From contig OZ245002.1 of assembly GCA_965223415.1 (NCBI GenBank), forward strand, positions 2,976,001 to 3,040,000: a stretch of 64,000 nt of DNA, given 5' to 3'. Source of the DNA: Myxococcota bacterium. Its GTDB lineage: Bacteria > Myxococcota_A > UBA9160 > UBA6930. The position numbers were made by a program, and so were the translations under genes. The notes beneath the pieces are model-generated. The model was not told the DNA's origin, made no database searches, and worked only from the letters and a program-made list of their open reading frames with translations. Below, piece by piece: positions 10,417 through 20,342 of this stretch (positions are counted from its first letter, which is position 1; each line of letters starts with the position of its first letter).

Positions 10417-10470
10417 TTGCGAACGTTTTAGTCGGTTGTATAATCAACTTAGTCGACCGACTAAAGGAGG
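10417..10470 (+). promoter_or_regulatory. Sigma70-type promoter with palindromic (TetR-type) operator and RBS
   Basis: TTGCGA(10417)-16 nt-TATAAT(10439); perfect palindrome TTAGTCG-AC-CGACTAA 10449-10464; second half-site TTAGTCGG 10428-10435; AGGAGG 10465-10470. Confidence 0.75.
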
Positions 10471-10478
10471 CCCTCACC

Positions 10479-11324
10479 GTGGCCGAAGCCGCTCATCAGC
10501 CCGTTCCGTTGGAGTCGCTCCGGCGCGCCCTTCGCCCTCTCTCCTTGCTGGCGAGCCCGGTCTCCTCCGGGCTCGAGCGGGCTCCGAAGGCCGGGCCGGT
10601 GCTCTTCGTCGGCAACCACACGATCTACGGAATGCTCGACGTTCCGCTCCTGGGCCTGGAGATCCATGAGCGGACCGGCCGGCCGGTGCGCGGACTGGCC
10701 GACCACCTGCACTTCTCCCTGCCGGGCTGGCGCGACGCCCTCGTCGCCCTGGGCGGCGTCCGCGGCACCCGCGAGAACTGCGCGCGGCTCTTCCGGGAAG
10801 GGGAGCAGGTGATGGTCTTCCCCGGCGGCGGCCGCGAGGTGGTGCGGCGCCGGGGCGAGGCCTACCAGCTCATCTGGAAGCAGCGCATCGGCTTCGCCCG
10901 GCTGGCCATCCAGCACGGGGTGCCGATCGTGCCCTTCGCCTCGGTCGGCGTGGACGACATGTTCGAGATCCTGGTCGACGCGAACGACGTCATGGCCTCG
11001 CCGGTCGGCACGCTCCTCGAGCGGCTCGGCGTCACGGACGAGCCCTGGTTCCGAGGCGGTGAGCTCATTCCCTCCCTTTCGCGAGGCAAGGGCATCGCCG
11101 GGCTGCCTCGGGCGGAGCGCATGTACTTCCACTTCGCCGACCCGATCGACACCAGCCGTTTCGCCGGTCTCCACGAGGATCGCGACGCCTGCTTCGCCCT
11201 GCGCAAGGAGGTGCAGCTCGCGATCGAGCAGGGCGTCGGCGCGCTGATGGAGAAGCGCGATCGCGATCCCGAGCCCTACCCGGTCCAGCGCCTGCTGCGA
11301 GGCCTGGCCTCGCGGCTCGGCTGA
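10479..11324 (+). CDS. Lysophospholipid/diacylglycerol acyltransferase family protein
   Basis: VGNHTIYGMLD, VFPGGGRE, GFARLA, PIVP motifs; GTG follows AGGAGG. Confidence 0.85.
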   Translation: MAEAAHQPVPLESLRRALRPLSLLASPVSSGLERAPKAGPVLFVGNHTIYGMLDVPLLGLEIHERTGRPVRGLADHLHFSLPGWRDALVALGGVRGTRENCARLFREGEQVMVFPGGGREVVRRRGEAYQLIWKQRIGFARLAIQHGVPIVPFASVGVDDMFEILVDANDVMASPVGTLLERLGVTDEPWFRGGELIPSLSRGKGIAGLPRAERMYFHFADPIDTSRFAGLHEDRDACFALRKEVQLAIEQGVGALMEKRDRDPEPYPVQRLLRGLASRLG

Positions 11325-11336
11325 GGCGACGACCGC

Positions 11337-11990
11337 GTGTCCCCTGCCGCGCAGGCATCCCGAGCCGAGGACGCCAGCACCCGCGAGCGCATCCTCGAGG
11401 CCGCCCTCACCAGCTTCTCGGAGCTGGGCTTCGACGGCGCCACCACCCGCGAGATCGCGCGACGCGCCGGCGTGAACCTCGGCCTGATCAAGTACTACTT
11501 CGACGGCAAGGAGCGCCTGTGGCGCGAGGCGGTGACACGCGCCTTCGAGCAGCTGGCCAGCGGCCTGGGCGACGCCCTCGACGATGCGGGGGGCTTCGAC
11601 GATCGCGAGCGGCTCCGCCGCGTGCTGCGCCGCTACATCCGCTGGACCGCCCGCCATCCCGAGTTCATCCGCCTCATGCACGACGAGGGCAGCCACGACA
11701 GCCCGCGCCTCCGCTGGCTCGTCGACGAGCACATCCGGCCGATGTACGAGACGGTCATCGGCGCCCTGGGCGCCGCGCAGCAGCGGGGCGTGCTACCTCC
11801 CGGCATCGACCCGCTCCACTTCCACTACACGCTGCTCGGCGCCGTGGGCCTGGTCTTCCACCAGTCCGCCGAGTGCCGCTTGCTGACCGGACGCGATCCC
11901 TCGGACGAGGCCTTCGTCGAGGCCCATGCCGAGGCCGTGCTCCACCTGTTCCTTGGACCCGCCCCCGACGACGAGGAGAACCCTTCATGA
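11337..11990 (+). CDS. TetR/AcrR family transcriptional regulator
   Basis: N-terminal HTH RERILEAA...GATTREIARRAGVNLGLIKYYF. Confidence 0.92.
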   Translation: MSPAAQASRAEDASTRERILEAALTSFSELGFDGATTREIARRAGVNLGLIKYYFDGKERLWREAVTRAFEQLASGLGDALDDAGGFDDRERLRRVLRRYIRWTARHPEFIRLMHDEGSHDSPRLRWLVDEHIRPMYETVIGALGAAQQRGVLPPGIDPLHFHYTLLGAVGLVFHQSAECRLLTGRDPSDEAFVEAHAEAVLHLFLGPAPDDEENPS

Positions 11991-12859
11991 AGCTCGTGAC
12001 CTTCACGGAATCCGACCGGACCCGCATCGGCGTGGTCGTGGGAGACGGCGTCGCCGATCTCTCCACCGCCGCTCCGGAGCTGCCCACCGAGATGTGCGCT
12101 CTGCTCGAGGCGGGCCCCGATGCCCTCGCCGCGGTTCGCGGCGCGGCCGAGGCGACGCCGACCCTGCCTCTCGCCGACCTGCGACTCGAATCGCCCGTCC
12201 TACGGCCGCCGAAGATCCTCGCCATCGGCCTCAACTACGCGGACCACGTGGCGGAGGCCGGCATGGAGACGCCGACCATCCCCATGGTCTTCAACAAGCA
12301 GTCGACCTCGGTGGTCGGGCCGACGGATCCCTTCCACATGCCGCGCGTCTCGACCGCCCTCGACTACGAGGGCGAGCTCGGCATCGTGATCGGCCGCCGC
12401 TGCCGCCACGTGCCGAAGGAGCGCGCCGCCGAGGTGATCGCCGGCTACACGGTGGTGAACGACGTGAGCGTGCGCGATTGGCAGCTCCGCAGCCCGACCT
12501 TCACGATGGGCAAGAGCTTCGACACCCACTGCCCGCTCGGGCCCTGGATCGTCACCGCCGACGAGATCCCCGATCCCCACACCCTCGATCTCAAGACCTG
12601 GGTGAACGGCGAGCTTCGCCAGTCGTCGAACACGAAGCACCTGATCTTCGACTGCTTCGCCCTGGTGGAGCACCTCTCCACGGCCTTCACCCTCGAGCCC
12701 GGCGACGTGATCCCGACCGGCACGCCGGGCGGCGTCGGAGTGGCCATGAAGCCGCCGAAGATGCTCCAGGTGGGCGACGTGGTGAAGATCGCGATCGACG
12801 GCGTGGGCGAGATCGAGAACGCCGTGGTCGAAGAGCCGGAGGAAACGGCTCGGATCTGA
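11987..12859 (+). CDS. Fumarylacetoacetate hydrolase family protein
   Basis: IGLNYADH, DYEGEL, NDVSVRD, GKSFDT, TGTPGGVG; ATGA overlap with the TetR gene. Confidence 0.92.
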   Translation: MKLVTFTESDRTRIGVVVGDGVADLSTAAPELPTEMCALLEAGPDALAAVRGAAEATPTLPLADLRLESPVLRPPKILAIGLNYADHVAEAGMETPTIPMVFNKQSTSVVGPTDPFHMPRVSTALDYEGELGIVIGRRCRHVPKERAAEVIAGYTVVNDVSVRDWQLRSPTFTMGKSFDTHCPLGPWIVTADEIPDPHTLDLKTWVNGELRQSSNTKHLIFDCFALVEHLSTAFTLEPGDVIPTGTPGGVGVAMKPPKMLQVGDVVKIAIDGVGEIENAVVEEPEETARI

Positions 12860-12916
12860 CGCGGCGGGATCAGCTGGGAACCGACTTCGACGGTGGCGAG
12901 TCGATCCTCGGCGTCG

Positions 12917-13750
12917 GAAGACGCCACCGAACATCAGGAACAGGAAGGGGCGGCGGGAGATGGCGCCGGTCTCGACGGAGTTGAGCGCGGCCACCTGGAA
13001 CGGATCGCTGCCGTAGAGCTGGGTGTCGGCCATCGGCGTGCCGCCGTGGTGGCTGAGGGGAAGCTCCATCTCCTCGCACAGGGACCACAGGCGCTCGTAG
13101 CGGGGGTCGTTGTAGCCCGGCAGCCCGGAGCCCGGCTGGAGGCCCGGCAGGGCGACGCCGCCGCGGAGCCCGCACTTCACGAAGTGCTCGATCTCCTCCA
13201 GCGCCACGTCCATGTCGTGGAGCGCCACCTGGATGATGCCGGCTCGGCGGCCTGGTGCGTCGTTGCACAGCTCCGCGAGCCAGCGGTTGTAGGCCCGCTT
13301 GCCGGCAGCTTCGAGTTCGGGCTTCGCGGGCGCGAAGAGGGAGCGGAAGGGCATGCGCGTGCCGAACACGCCGTCCGGGTGGATCACCTCGGCGACGACG
13401 CCCTCTCGCTCGAGGGCGGCGAGCCGCGCCGTGGAATCCCACGCCCCCTCGATGCTCGCCTCGCTCGGGTAGTTGTTCTCGACGTTCAGCTGGGCGGCCT
13501 CCTCGGGAACCCCGAGCGCCTTCAGGTTGGCGAGCTGGCGGGCGCGGAATGCCCCGTCCCCGCTTTCGGCCACCTCCTCCACCTCGGCGCCGAACAGGTT
13601 GCGGGTGGCCTTCTCCTCGTTCTCCACCCAGGCGTCGAACTCGCCGAGGAAGGCCGGGTCGACGTAGGGCCGGTAGTCCACGGGACGGCGAGGCCCCGCG
13701 TGGCAATCGGCCGAGATCACGACGTGACGGGGAGTGGCGCTTCGCTCCAT
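12917..13750 (-). pseudogene. 3'-truncated amidohydrolase_2 gene
   Basis: VVISADCHAG...AYNRWLAELC...PLSHHGG...LMFGGVF, then homology stops at ~12917; the C-terminal EgG and GSDYPH motifs are missing. Confidence 0.7.
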
Positions 13751-13802
13751 GTCGCTCTCCGGTCTCACCCCTCCGGTAGTCTGGCACGGGGGCGCCCGGG
13801 CG

Positions 13803-14876
13803 TCAGCCGCCCCGCACGTTGGTCGAGGGCGTGTACGGCAGGTCGAGGGTGCTGACGAGCCCCGGGGCGTGCTCGCAGAGCGCCGGGATGGCGTTGATCA
13901 TGCGCATCGCCGTCGTCTGGACGCCACCGGTGTTGTGGTCTCCATCCTCCCCGGTGACGAAGCACTCGAGCTGGACCGAGGGATTGGCCCGGACGATGCA
14001 ACGGTGCACGCCGGGGCGGCCGTCGGGAGGCATGGGCCATTCCGGCGCGATGCCGGCCGCGAGCCGGTTCACGTGCTCGGTGACGACTACCGGCCGGCCG
14101 TGGGCCATGCCCTCGAGCTGGAAGCGCACGGCCGCACAGGTGCCGGCGGGCACGTGCATCATCGGCGTGTCAAAGGCCTCGTCCGTGTAGAAGCGTTCGA
14201 AGCTCTCGCGGATCTCGTCCAGCTCCACGCCGATGCGGTCGGCGACCATCTGCACCATGCCTCCCCACCCGGTGCGGAGCACGCCCGGCATGGAGAGGGG
14301 CGGCTTGTAGTCCGGCCCCCGCCCGAAGCCGAAGCTCACGCCGGTGAACTCCGGATCCTCGTAGGTAGAGTAGTCGCAGAGCTCCTGGACGCGGACCTCT
14401 TCGATCTGGTCGGCCAGCTGCAGCGCCGCCAGCGGGAGCACGTCGCCGGAGAAGCCCGGATCGATCCCACTCACGTAGAAGGTCGAGCCGCCCTCCTGGC
14501 ACGCCTTCTCGAGGGGCTCCCGCATGCGATCGCTGGCAAAGGTCGGGTAGACCAGGTAGATCATCGAGGTCGAGGCGACGTTGGCACCGGAGGCGAGGAT
14601 GCGCTCGAGCTCGGGGATCACCTCGTGTGGACGCGTCTCGGCATTCACCGTGTAGACGACGCCGTCGGCGCCCAGGGAGAGGAGTGCTTCGACGTCGTTG
14701 GTGGCGATGATGCCCGTTTCGTCCGGCAGACCGCAGAGACGTGCCGCGTCCTTGCCCACCTTCTCGGGGCTGTGGGCGTGGACGCCGACCAGCTCGAAAT
14801 CGGGATGACGGATCAGGTGGCGCAGGCTGTGGAAGCCGACGTTGCCGGTACCCCATTGGATCACGCGATGAGTCAT
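13803..14876 (-). CDS. NAD(P)-dependent amine dehydrogenase / 2,4-diaminopentanoate dehydrogenase-like (DapB-like N-terminus)
   Basis: VIQWGTGNVG Rossmann motif, SGIDPGF, TAMRMINAIP. Confidence 0.8.
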   Translation of the reverse strand: MTHRVIQWGTGNVGFHSLRHLIRHPDFELVGVHAHSPEKVGKDAARLCGLPDETGIIATNDVEALLSLGADGVVYTVNAETRPHEVIPELERILASGANVASTSMIYLVYPTFASDRMREPLEKACQEGGSTFYVSGIDPGFSGDVLPLAALQLADQIEEVRVQELCDYSTYEDPEFTGVSFGFGRGPDYKPPLSMPGVLRTGWGGMVQMVADRIGVELDEIRESFERFYTDEAFDTPMMHVPAGTCAAVRFQLEGMAHGRPVVVTEHVNRLAAGIAPEWPMPPDGRPGVHRCIVRANPSVQLECFVTGEDGDHNTGGVQTTAMRMINAIPALCEHAPGLVSTLDLPYTPSTNVRGG

Positions 14877-14928
14877 GGACCGATGCTACCATGCGCCGCC
14901 GATCGGATCTGACACCGAGGAGAATCAC

Positions 14929-16143
14929 ATGGAACGCCGGGACTTCCTGAAGGGCGCGAGCATGGCGGGCGCGCTATCGCTGCTGCCCCTGGCCGAGCTG
15001 GCACGGGCCGACGGCCACGAGGGCGCAGCCGCCCAGCGCCCCGAGACCGAGAGCGGCAAGGCCTACGCCGAGCTGGCCCGCACCCTCCAGGAGGTGGAGG
15101 CCGAGTACCTGAGCGCCGAGCGCCGCGTCACCCGCGCGGCGGACGTGAGCGACGGCCATCGCTTCATCCTGCACGTCCTCCAGGCCGCGCTCTTCCTGCG
15201 CTTCGAGTACGACCCGGAGCGCCCCTCATTCAAGCGCATCGTCTCGCCGACCCGCAAGATGCTCGGCGACAACCCGGACGCCATCTACTTCGAGGCCGCG
15301 ATCCGCGGCGACCGCCGCTACCGCATCCGCGGCAACACGGCGGGCGCGGTCTACACCTCGTTCACCGTCGAGGCGGGCGGCACCGAGGGCGGCTACCCGG
15401 AGCGCACCGAGGGATGGATCAACGACAAGGAGATGAGCCTCGAGGGCGACGGCGGCTACGAGATCACACTCGGGCCCGACACCTCGGGGCCCAACACGAT
15501 CAAGCTGCCCGCCGACGCGCGCACGGTCACGACCCGGAGCTACTTCGAGACGAAGCGGAGCGCCGCGGCGGATCCGAGCCGGGTCGTGCCCATCGTGATC
15601 GAGCCCCTCGACGATCCGGGCCCCTCGCCCTCCCCCGACGACGCGTCGATCGCCGCAGCGATCCGCCGGGTGATCGCCTACCTGCGCGGCATCACCGTCG
15701 ATCTGGTCCTGGGCGCGACCAGCGAGAGCTGGGTTTCCACGGTCCCCAACCAGTTCAACCCACCCGGCAAGCCCGGGGCCATGGCCTTCGCAGCCAGGGA
15801 CAACGCCTACGCGATGGCTCCCTACGCCCTGCGCCCGGACCAGGCGCTGGTGATCGAGGGGAGCTTCCCGACGTGCATCTTCTCCAACGTCGTGCTGTGG
15901 AACCGCTACCTCCAGAGCTACGACTACGCGAGCCGTACCATCTCCCTGAACCGCGAGCAGACGTGGCAGGGCGCCGACGGCCGCTACCGCATCGTGATCG
16001 CGGGCAGCGATCCCGGCGTCCCGAACTGGATCGACACGGGGGGCCGGCCGAGCGGCCTCGTCTACTGGCGCTTCATGCTGCCGGAGGGTGAGATCGAGAC
16101 GCCCCAGGCGAAGGTGGTGCCGCTGGCGGAGCTGCGGGCCTAG
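14929..16143 (+). CDS. Tat-exported DUF1214-domain protein
   Basis: MERRDFLKG Tat motif; DNPDAIY; DPGVPNWIDTGG...WRFMLP C-terminus. Confidence 0.8.
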   Translation: MERRDFLKGASMAGALSLLPLAELARADGHEGAAAQRPETESGKAYAELARTLQEVEAEYLSAERRVTRAADVSDGHRFILHVLQAALFLRFEYDPERPSFKRIVSPTRKMLGDNPDAIYFEAAIRGDRRYRIRGNTAGAVYTSFTVEAGGTEGGYPERTEGWINDKEMSLEGDGGYEITLGPDTSGPNTIKLPADARTVTTRSYFETKRSAAADPSRVVPIVIEPLDDPGPSPSPDDASIAAAIRRVIAYLRGITVDLVLGATSESWVSTVPNQFNPPGKPGAMAFAARDNAYAMAPYALRPDQALVIEGSFPTCIFSNVVLWNRYLQSYDYASRTISLNREQTWQGADGRYRIVIAGSDPGVPNWIDTGGRPSGLVYWRFMLPEGEIETPQAKVVPLAELRA

Positions 16144-16144
16144 C

Positions 16145-17575
16145 GTGGAGACGCCGGTCATCGCCGGGGTCGGCCAGGTGCTGCAGCGGCTGGACGATCC
16201 CCGGGAGGCGGCGGAGCCGCTCGAGATGATGGTCGCCGCCCTGGAGCGCGCGGCGGAGGACGCCGCCGCGCCGAAGCTCCTGGGGCGGGCCGACGCCATC
16301 TACGTCCCACGCGGGGCGTGGGGCTACGCCGAGCCCGGCAGGGCCGTCGCCCAGCGGCTCGGCGCGTCACCCACCGAATCCGTCGGCACCTTCTACGGCG
16401 GCAACTTCTCCCAGGGATGCGTCATCGAGGCCGCCCGCGAGATCCAGGCCGGCCGGCACGGCGTGGTGCTGGTGGTCGGCGCCGAGAACGGGCGCAGCAC
16501 CGGCCAGGCCGCGCGCCTGGGCGCCGAGCTCGATCCGAGCGAGGCGCCGGGCGTGCCGGATCGCATGCTGGCGCCGGACAAACCCCTCTTTCACGAGGCC
16601 GAGCTGGCCCGGGGCATGAACAGCGCGAGCGATGTCTTCGCCGTGGTCGAGAGCGCCATCCGTCACGCTCGGGGAGAGAGCGTGGAGGCCCACGCCGCGC
16701 GGATCGCGGCGATCTGGGCGGGCTTCAATCGGGTGGCCCAAGGCAATCCGAATGCCTGGATCCGCGAGCCGATCGACGCCGAGGCGATCCGCTGCGCCGG
16801 CCCCGACAACCCGATGATCTCCTTTCCCTACACCCGCCTCATGAACGCGAACCCGCGGGTGGACATGGGGGCCGGCCTCCTGCTCTGCTCCCTCGCCATC
16901 GCCCGTGAGGCCGGCGTTCCCGAGGACCGGCTCGTCTACCTGCATGCGGCCACCGAGGCGAACGACAGCAACTACCTGTCGGAGCGCCTCGAGCTCCACC
17001 GCTCTCCGGCGATTCGCATCGCCGGCGCGCGGCTCCTCGAGCTCGCGGAAACGGCGGTGGGCGAGGTCGACCACGTCGACCTCTACAGCTGCTTCCCCTC
17101 CTCAGTCCAGGTGGCCGCGGCGGAGCTCGGCTTTCCCGAGGATAGGCCGCTCACGGTCACCGGCGGCCTCACCTTCGGCGGCGGCCCGCTCAACTGCTAC
17201 GGGCTCCACGCCGTGGCGCGCATGGCGGAGGTGGTGCGCAGGGACCGCGGCTCCCGGGGCCTCGTGCACGGCAATGGCGGCTGGCTCGCGAAGCAATCCC
17301 TCGGCGTCTACTCCGCGGAGCCGCCCCGCGAGGGGTTTCGCTACGAGAACCTCCAGGCCCGGGTCGACGCGGAGGGCCCGGTCACCCTCGAGGCCTACAC
17401 CGTGGGCCACCGGAAGGGCGAACCGGAGCGGGCGCTCGTCGCCTGTCTCACGCAAGACGAGCAGCGCACCTGGGGGCTCGTCGACGATCCCGCCGTGATG
17501 GATGCGATGATGCAGGAGGAGCTCTGCGGACGGCCCGGGCAGCTCGCCGCCGGCGGCCGCCTGGAAGTCGCGTAG
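16145..17575 (+). CDS. Thiolase-like (acetyl-CoA acetyltransferase-like) protein
   Basis: PVIAGVGQ, DLYSCFPSSV, TVTGGLTFGGGP motifs. Confidence 0.8.
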   Translation: METPVIAGVGQVLQRLDDPREAAEPLEMMVAALERAAEDAAAPKLLGRADAIYVPRGAWGYAEPGRAVAQRLGASPTESVGTFYGGNFSQGCVIEAAREIQAGRHGVVLVVGAENGRSTGQAARLGAELDPSEAPGVPDRMLAPDKPLFHEAELARGMNSASDVFAVVESAIRHARGESVEAHAARIAAIWAGFNRVAQGNPNAWIREPIDAEAIRCAGPDNPMISFPYTRLMNANPRVDMGAGLLLCSLAIAREAGVPEDRLVYLHAATEANDSNYLSERLELHRSPAIRIAGARLLELAETAVGEVDHVDLYSCFPSSVQVAAAELGFPEDRPLTVTGGLTFGGGPLNCYGLHAVARMAEVVRRDRGSRGLVHGNGGWLAKQSLGVYSAEPPREGFRYENLQARVDAEGPVTLEAYTVGHRKGEPERALVACLTQDEQRTWGLVDDPAVMDAMMQEELCGRPGQLAAGGRLEVA

Positions 17576-17771
17576 CGGGAGGCCGGTTTCCCCGCCGCAC
17601 CAGCGCCTTCTCGGCCTCGATCGGCAGGTTGCTGAAGAGGCCGAGCGGAAGAGCGAAGCGCGCTCGCTGGGCACCGCGAGGGAATGCAAGAGCTGGGAGA
17701 GGCCGTGGTCGCGTCGCTGCCGAGCCGGAGAACCTCCCCCGGCGCAGGAGATGCCACTCCGCCTCAGCCAC

Positions 17772-18935
17772 TCACGCGACGCGCACGCTCTCGGGGAGGC
17801 GCCGGGTCAGGATGTCCGCGGCCTCCTCGACCATCTCCTCCACGATCGCGGCGGCGGGCTTGATCTCGCCGATCAGCCCGGATACCTGGCCGGCGAAGGG
17901 GCCGACATACTCGACGTTACCCGCGCGGTTGAACATGTCCACGGCAGCCGAGGCGAGCAGCACCTGGACCGGGAAGGCCAGCGGCTCGAGGCCGGATTCC
18001 TCCCACAGATCGTGGAAGCGGTTGTAGGTCGCCCGCGACGTCTTGCCCGTGTAGATGGTGGTGCGCCGCGTGTCCTCGTCGCCGGCGGCGACGATCGCCT
18101 GCTTCTGGATGTCGAGGGCGCCGCCCTCCTCGGAGGCGAGGAAGCGGGTCCCGACCCAGACGCCGATGCATCCCATGGCCAGCGCGGCGGCCACGCCGCG
18201 GCCGTCGCCGATGCCGCCGGCGGCCAACACTGGGGTCGGCGCCGCCGCGTCGATAGCCTGGGGCCAGAGCGCCATCGAGCCGATACGCCCGGTGTGCCCC
18301 CCGGCCTCGTGCCCCTGGGCCACGACCAGGTCGGCGCCGTCCTTCGCGATGCGTCCCGCGTTCTTGGCGTTGCCGGCGATGCCCAGCACCTTCATGCCGG
18401 CGGCGTGGGCGGCGTCGATCATGAAGCCCGGGTTGCCGAGGCCAGCGCAGAAGAGCGGCACTTGCTCCTCGATGCAGACCTCGACGGCCGCGTGGGGCCG
18501 GGCGGTCGTGGTGCCGCTGCTGATCACGGCTTCCGCCTGGGGCAGGCCGAGATCCTGCTGGATCTTCTCGAGCCACTCGCGGTGGGCCTTGGGCAGCACG
18601 TTCAGTGCGGCGCTGAGCGGGACGTCCTGGGTATCGGCGGCCGGCGCGTCGCCCGCCGCGACCGTGGCAGCGGGCAGCAGCAGGTCGACGCCAAAGGGCC
18701 GGGAGGTGAGCTTGCGGATCTCGCGGATCTCCTCGCGCAGCTCCTCCACGCTGTACCCGGCGCCGCCGAGCACGCCGAGCCCACCGGCCTCGGAAACGGC
18801 CGCCACCAGCGCGACCGGCGCACCGGTCTTCTCGCCGATCAGGCTGGGGCCCATGCCCGCGCTCAGGATGGGGTACTCGATGTCGAGCAGGTCACAGAGC
18901 GGGGTGCGGAGCGTTCGCTTGGCCAAGGTCGGCAT
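17772..18935 (-). CDS. Nitronate monooxygenase / FabK-like flavoprotein
   Basis: YPILSAGMG, AQGHEAGGHTG, AAGGIGDGRG, GTRF. Confidence 0.9.
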   Translation of the reverse strand: MPTLAKRTLRTPLCDLLDIEYPILSAGMGPSLIGEKTGAPVALVAAVSEAGGLGVLGGAGYSVEELREEIREIRKLTSRPFGVDLLLPAATVAAGDAPAADTQDVPLSAALNVLPKAHREWLEKIQQDLGLPQAEAVISSGTTTARPHAAVEVCIEEQVPLFCAGLGNPGFMIDAAHAAGMKVLGIAGNAKNAGRIAKDGADLVVAQGHEAGGHTGRIGSMALWPQAIDAAAPTPVLAAGGIGDGRGVAAALAMGCIGVWVGTRFLASEEGGALDIQKQAIVAAGDEDTRRTTIYTGKTSRATYNRFHDLWEESGLEPLAFPVQVLLASAAVDMFNRAGNVEYVGPFAGQVSGLIGEIKPAAAIVEEMVEEAADILTRRLPESVRVA

Positions 18936-18956
18936 CCTCCTCGGGGGCGGGGCGCT

Positions 18957-20072
18957 CTAGGGTAGGGCTTCGCGAGGCACTCGTCGGGCGATCGCGGTCA
19001 CCACCTCGTAGTGGATCGTGTCGAGCTTCGCCGCCAGCTCGTCGGCGGTCACCGTCGTTTCACCCTGGCGCCCGATCAGCGCCACGTCGTCGCCCAGCGC
19101 CACCTGGCCGCGCAGCGCCGTCACGTCGACGAGGGTCTGGTCCATGGTGATGGTGCCTACCTGAGGGCAGCGCACGCCGCCCACCAGCACCTCCATGCGG
19201 TTCGAGAGGCTGCGGTGGAGGCCGTCGCCGTAGCCGACCGGGAGGGTGGCCACGAGAGAGGGGCGCTCGGTGCGGAAGGTGTGCCCGTAGGAGAGGCCGG
19301 TTCCGGCGGGCACCTCCTTCAGGAAGGAGATGCGCGTGCGCCACTCGAGGACCGGCTCCAGCTCCGCCACCCGCGGGTTCGCGATATGGGCCGAGGGTGC
19401 GAGGCCGTAGACGGCGATGCCGGGGCGCGCGGCGTCGAAGTGGCTCTCGGGCAGGTCGAGGATGCCGGCGCTGTTGGCGAGGTGGCAGACGAAGGGGCCT
19501 TCGTCCTGGTTGGCCTCGCAGACGCGGCGGAAGGCCCCGACCTGCTCCCGCGAGAAGGACTTGTCCTCTTCGTCGGCGCGCGGGAGGTGACTCATCAGGC
19601 CGCGCACGCGGACACCGCCGAGCTCGCGCGCCTGGGCGAGGAAGGCAGGGACCTCCTCCGGGTGGATGCCGACGCGGCCCATTCCGGTCTCGACCTTGAG
19701 GTGCACCTCGAGCTCGGTCCGAGCGCGCCCGGCAGCGGCGGAGAGCGCCTCCAACGCCTCGTGGGTGCAGACGACCGGCTCCAGGCGATGCCGCACGACC
19801 GCATCGCTCTCCTCGGGCGGCAGCGCCGAGAGCAGGAGCAGCCGGGCGTCGATGCCGATCACGCGCAGCTCCGCGGCCTCGGAGACGTGGGCCACGCAGA
19901 GCGTGTCGTAGCCCTCCGCCACCAGATGGCGGGCGACGATCTCCGCTCCGTGGCCGTAGGCGTTCGCCTTGACGCAGGGCCAGAGCGGGCGCGCCCCCGC
20001 GACCTCGGCGAGAAGACGGAGGTTCCTCGACAGGCGATCCGTGTGGACGATCACCCGCGTGGGGTGGCTCAC
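18957..20072 (-). CDS. alr: Alanine racemase
   Basis: VKANAYGHG PLP lysine, HLKVETGMGRVG, ANSAG, PVGYGDG, TMDQ; start GTG 20072 or ATG 20105. Confidence 0.93.
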   Translation of the reverse strand: MSHPTRVIVHTDRLSRNLRLLAEVAGARPLWPCVKANAYGHGAEIVARHLVAEGYDTLCVAHVSEAAELRVIGIDARLLLLSALPPEESDAVVRHRLEPVVCTHEALEALSAAAGRARTELEVHLKVETGMGRVGIHPEEVPAFLAQARELGGVRVRGLMSHLPRADEEDKSFSREQVGAFRRVCEANQDEGPFVCHLANSAGILDLPESHFDAARPGIAVYGLAPSAHIANPRVAELEPVLEWRTRISFLKEVPAGTGLSYGHTFRTERPSLVATLPVGYGDGLHRSLSNRMEVLVGGVRCPQVGTITMDQTLVDVTALRGQVALGDDVALIGRQGETTVTADELAAKLDTIHYEVVTAIARRVPREALP

Positions 20073-20342
20073 GGGTCCCTCCGCTGCTGCGCCGCATGGG
20101 TTCATTCTAGGCGATCGCTCGCTCAGCGGTTCGCCGCTCGGCGCCGGCGGCGCTCCTGCAGGCGCGCGACCGCCCGCAGCGTGACCGGGTACGAGATCGC
20201 AGCGACGATGTCGCTCCCGCGCGGGATCTTCCCGGCGAAGCCGCCCGGCTAGCCGCCCGTGGCGGGAGCTGGTGCGGCTCGGGGCGGAGTAGCCGAAGCC
20301 GCGGACGATGCGCCGCCGCACGGTAGGGGCTATCCAGGGCCC

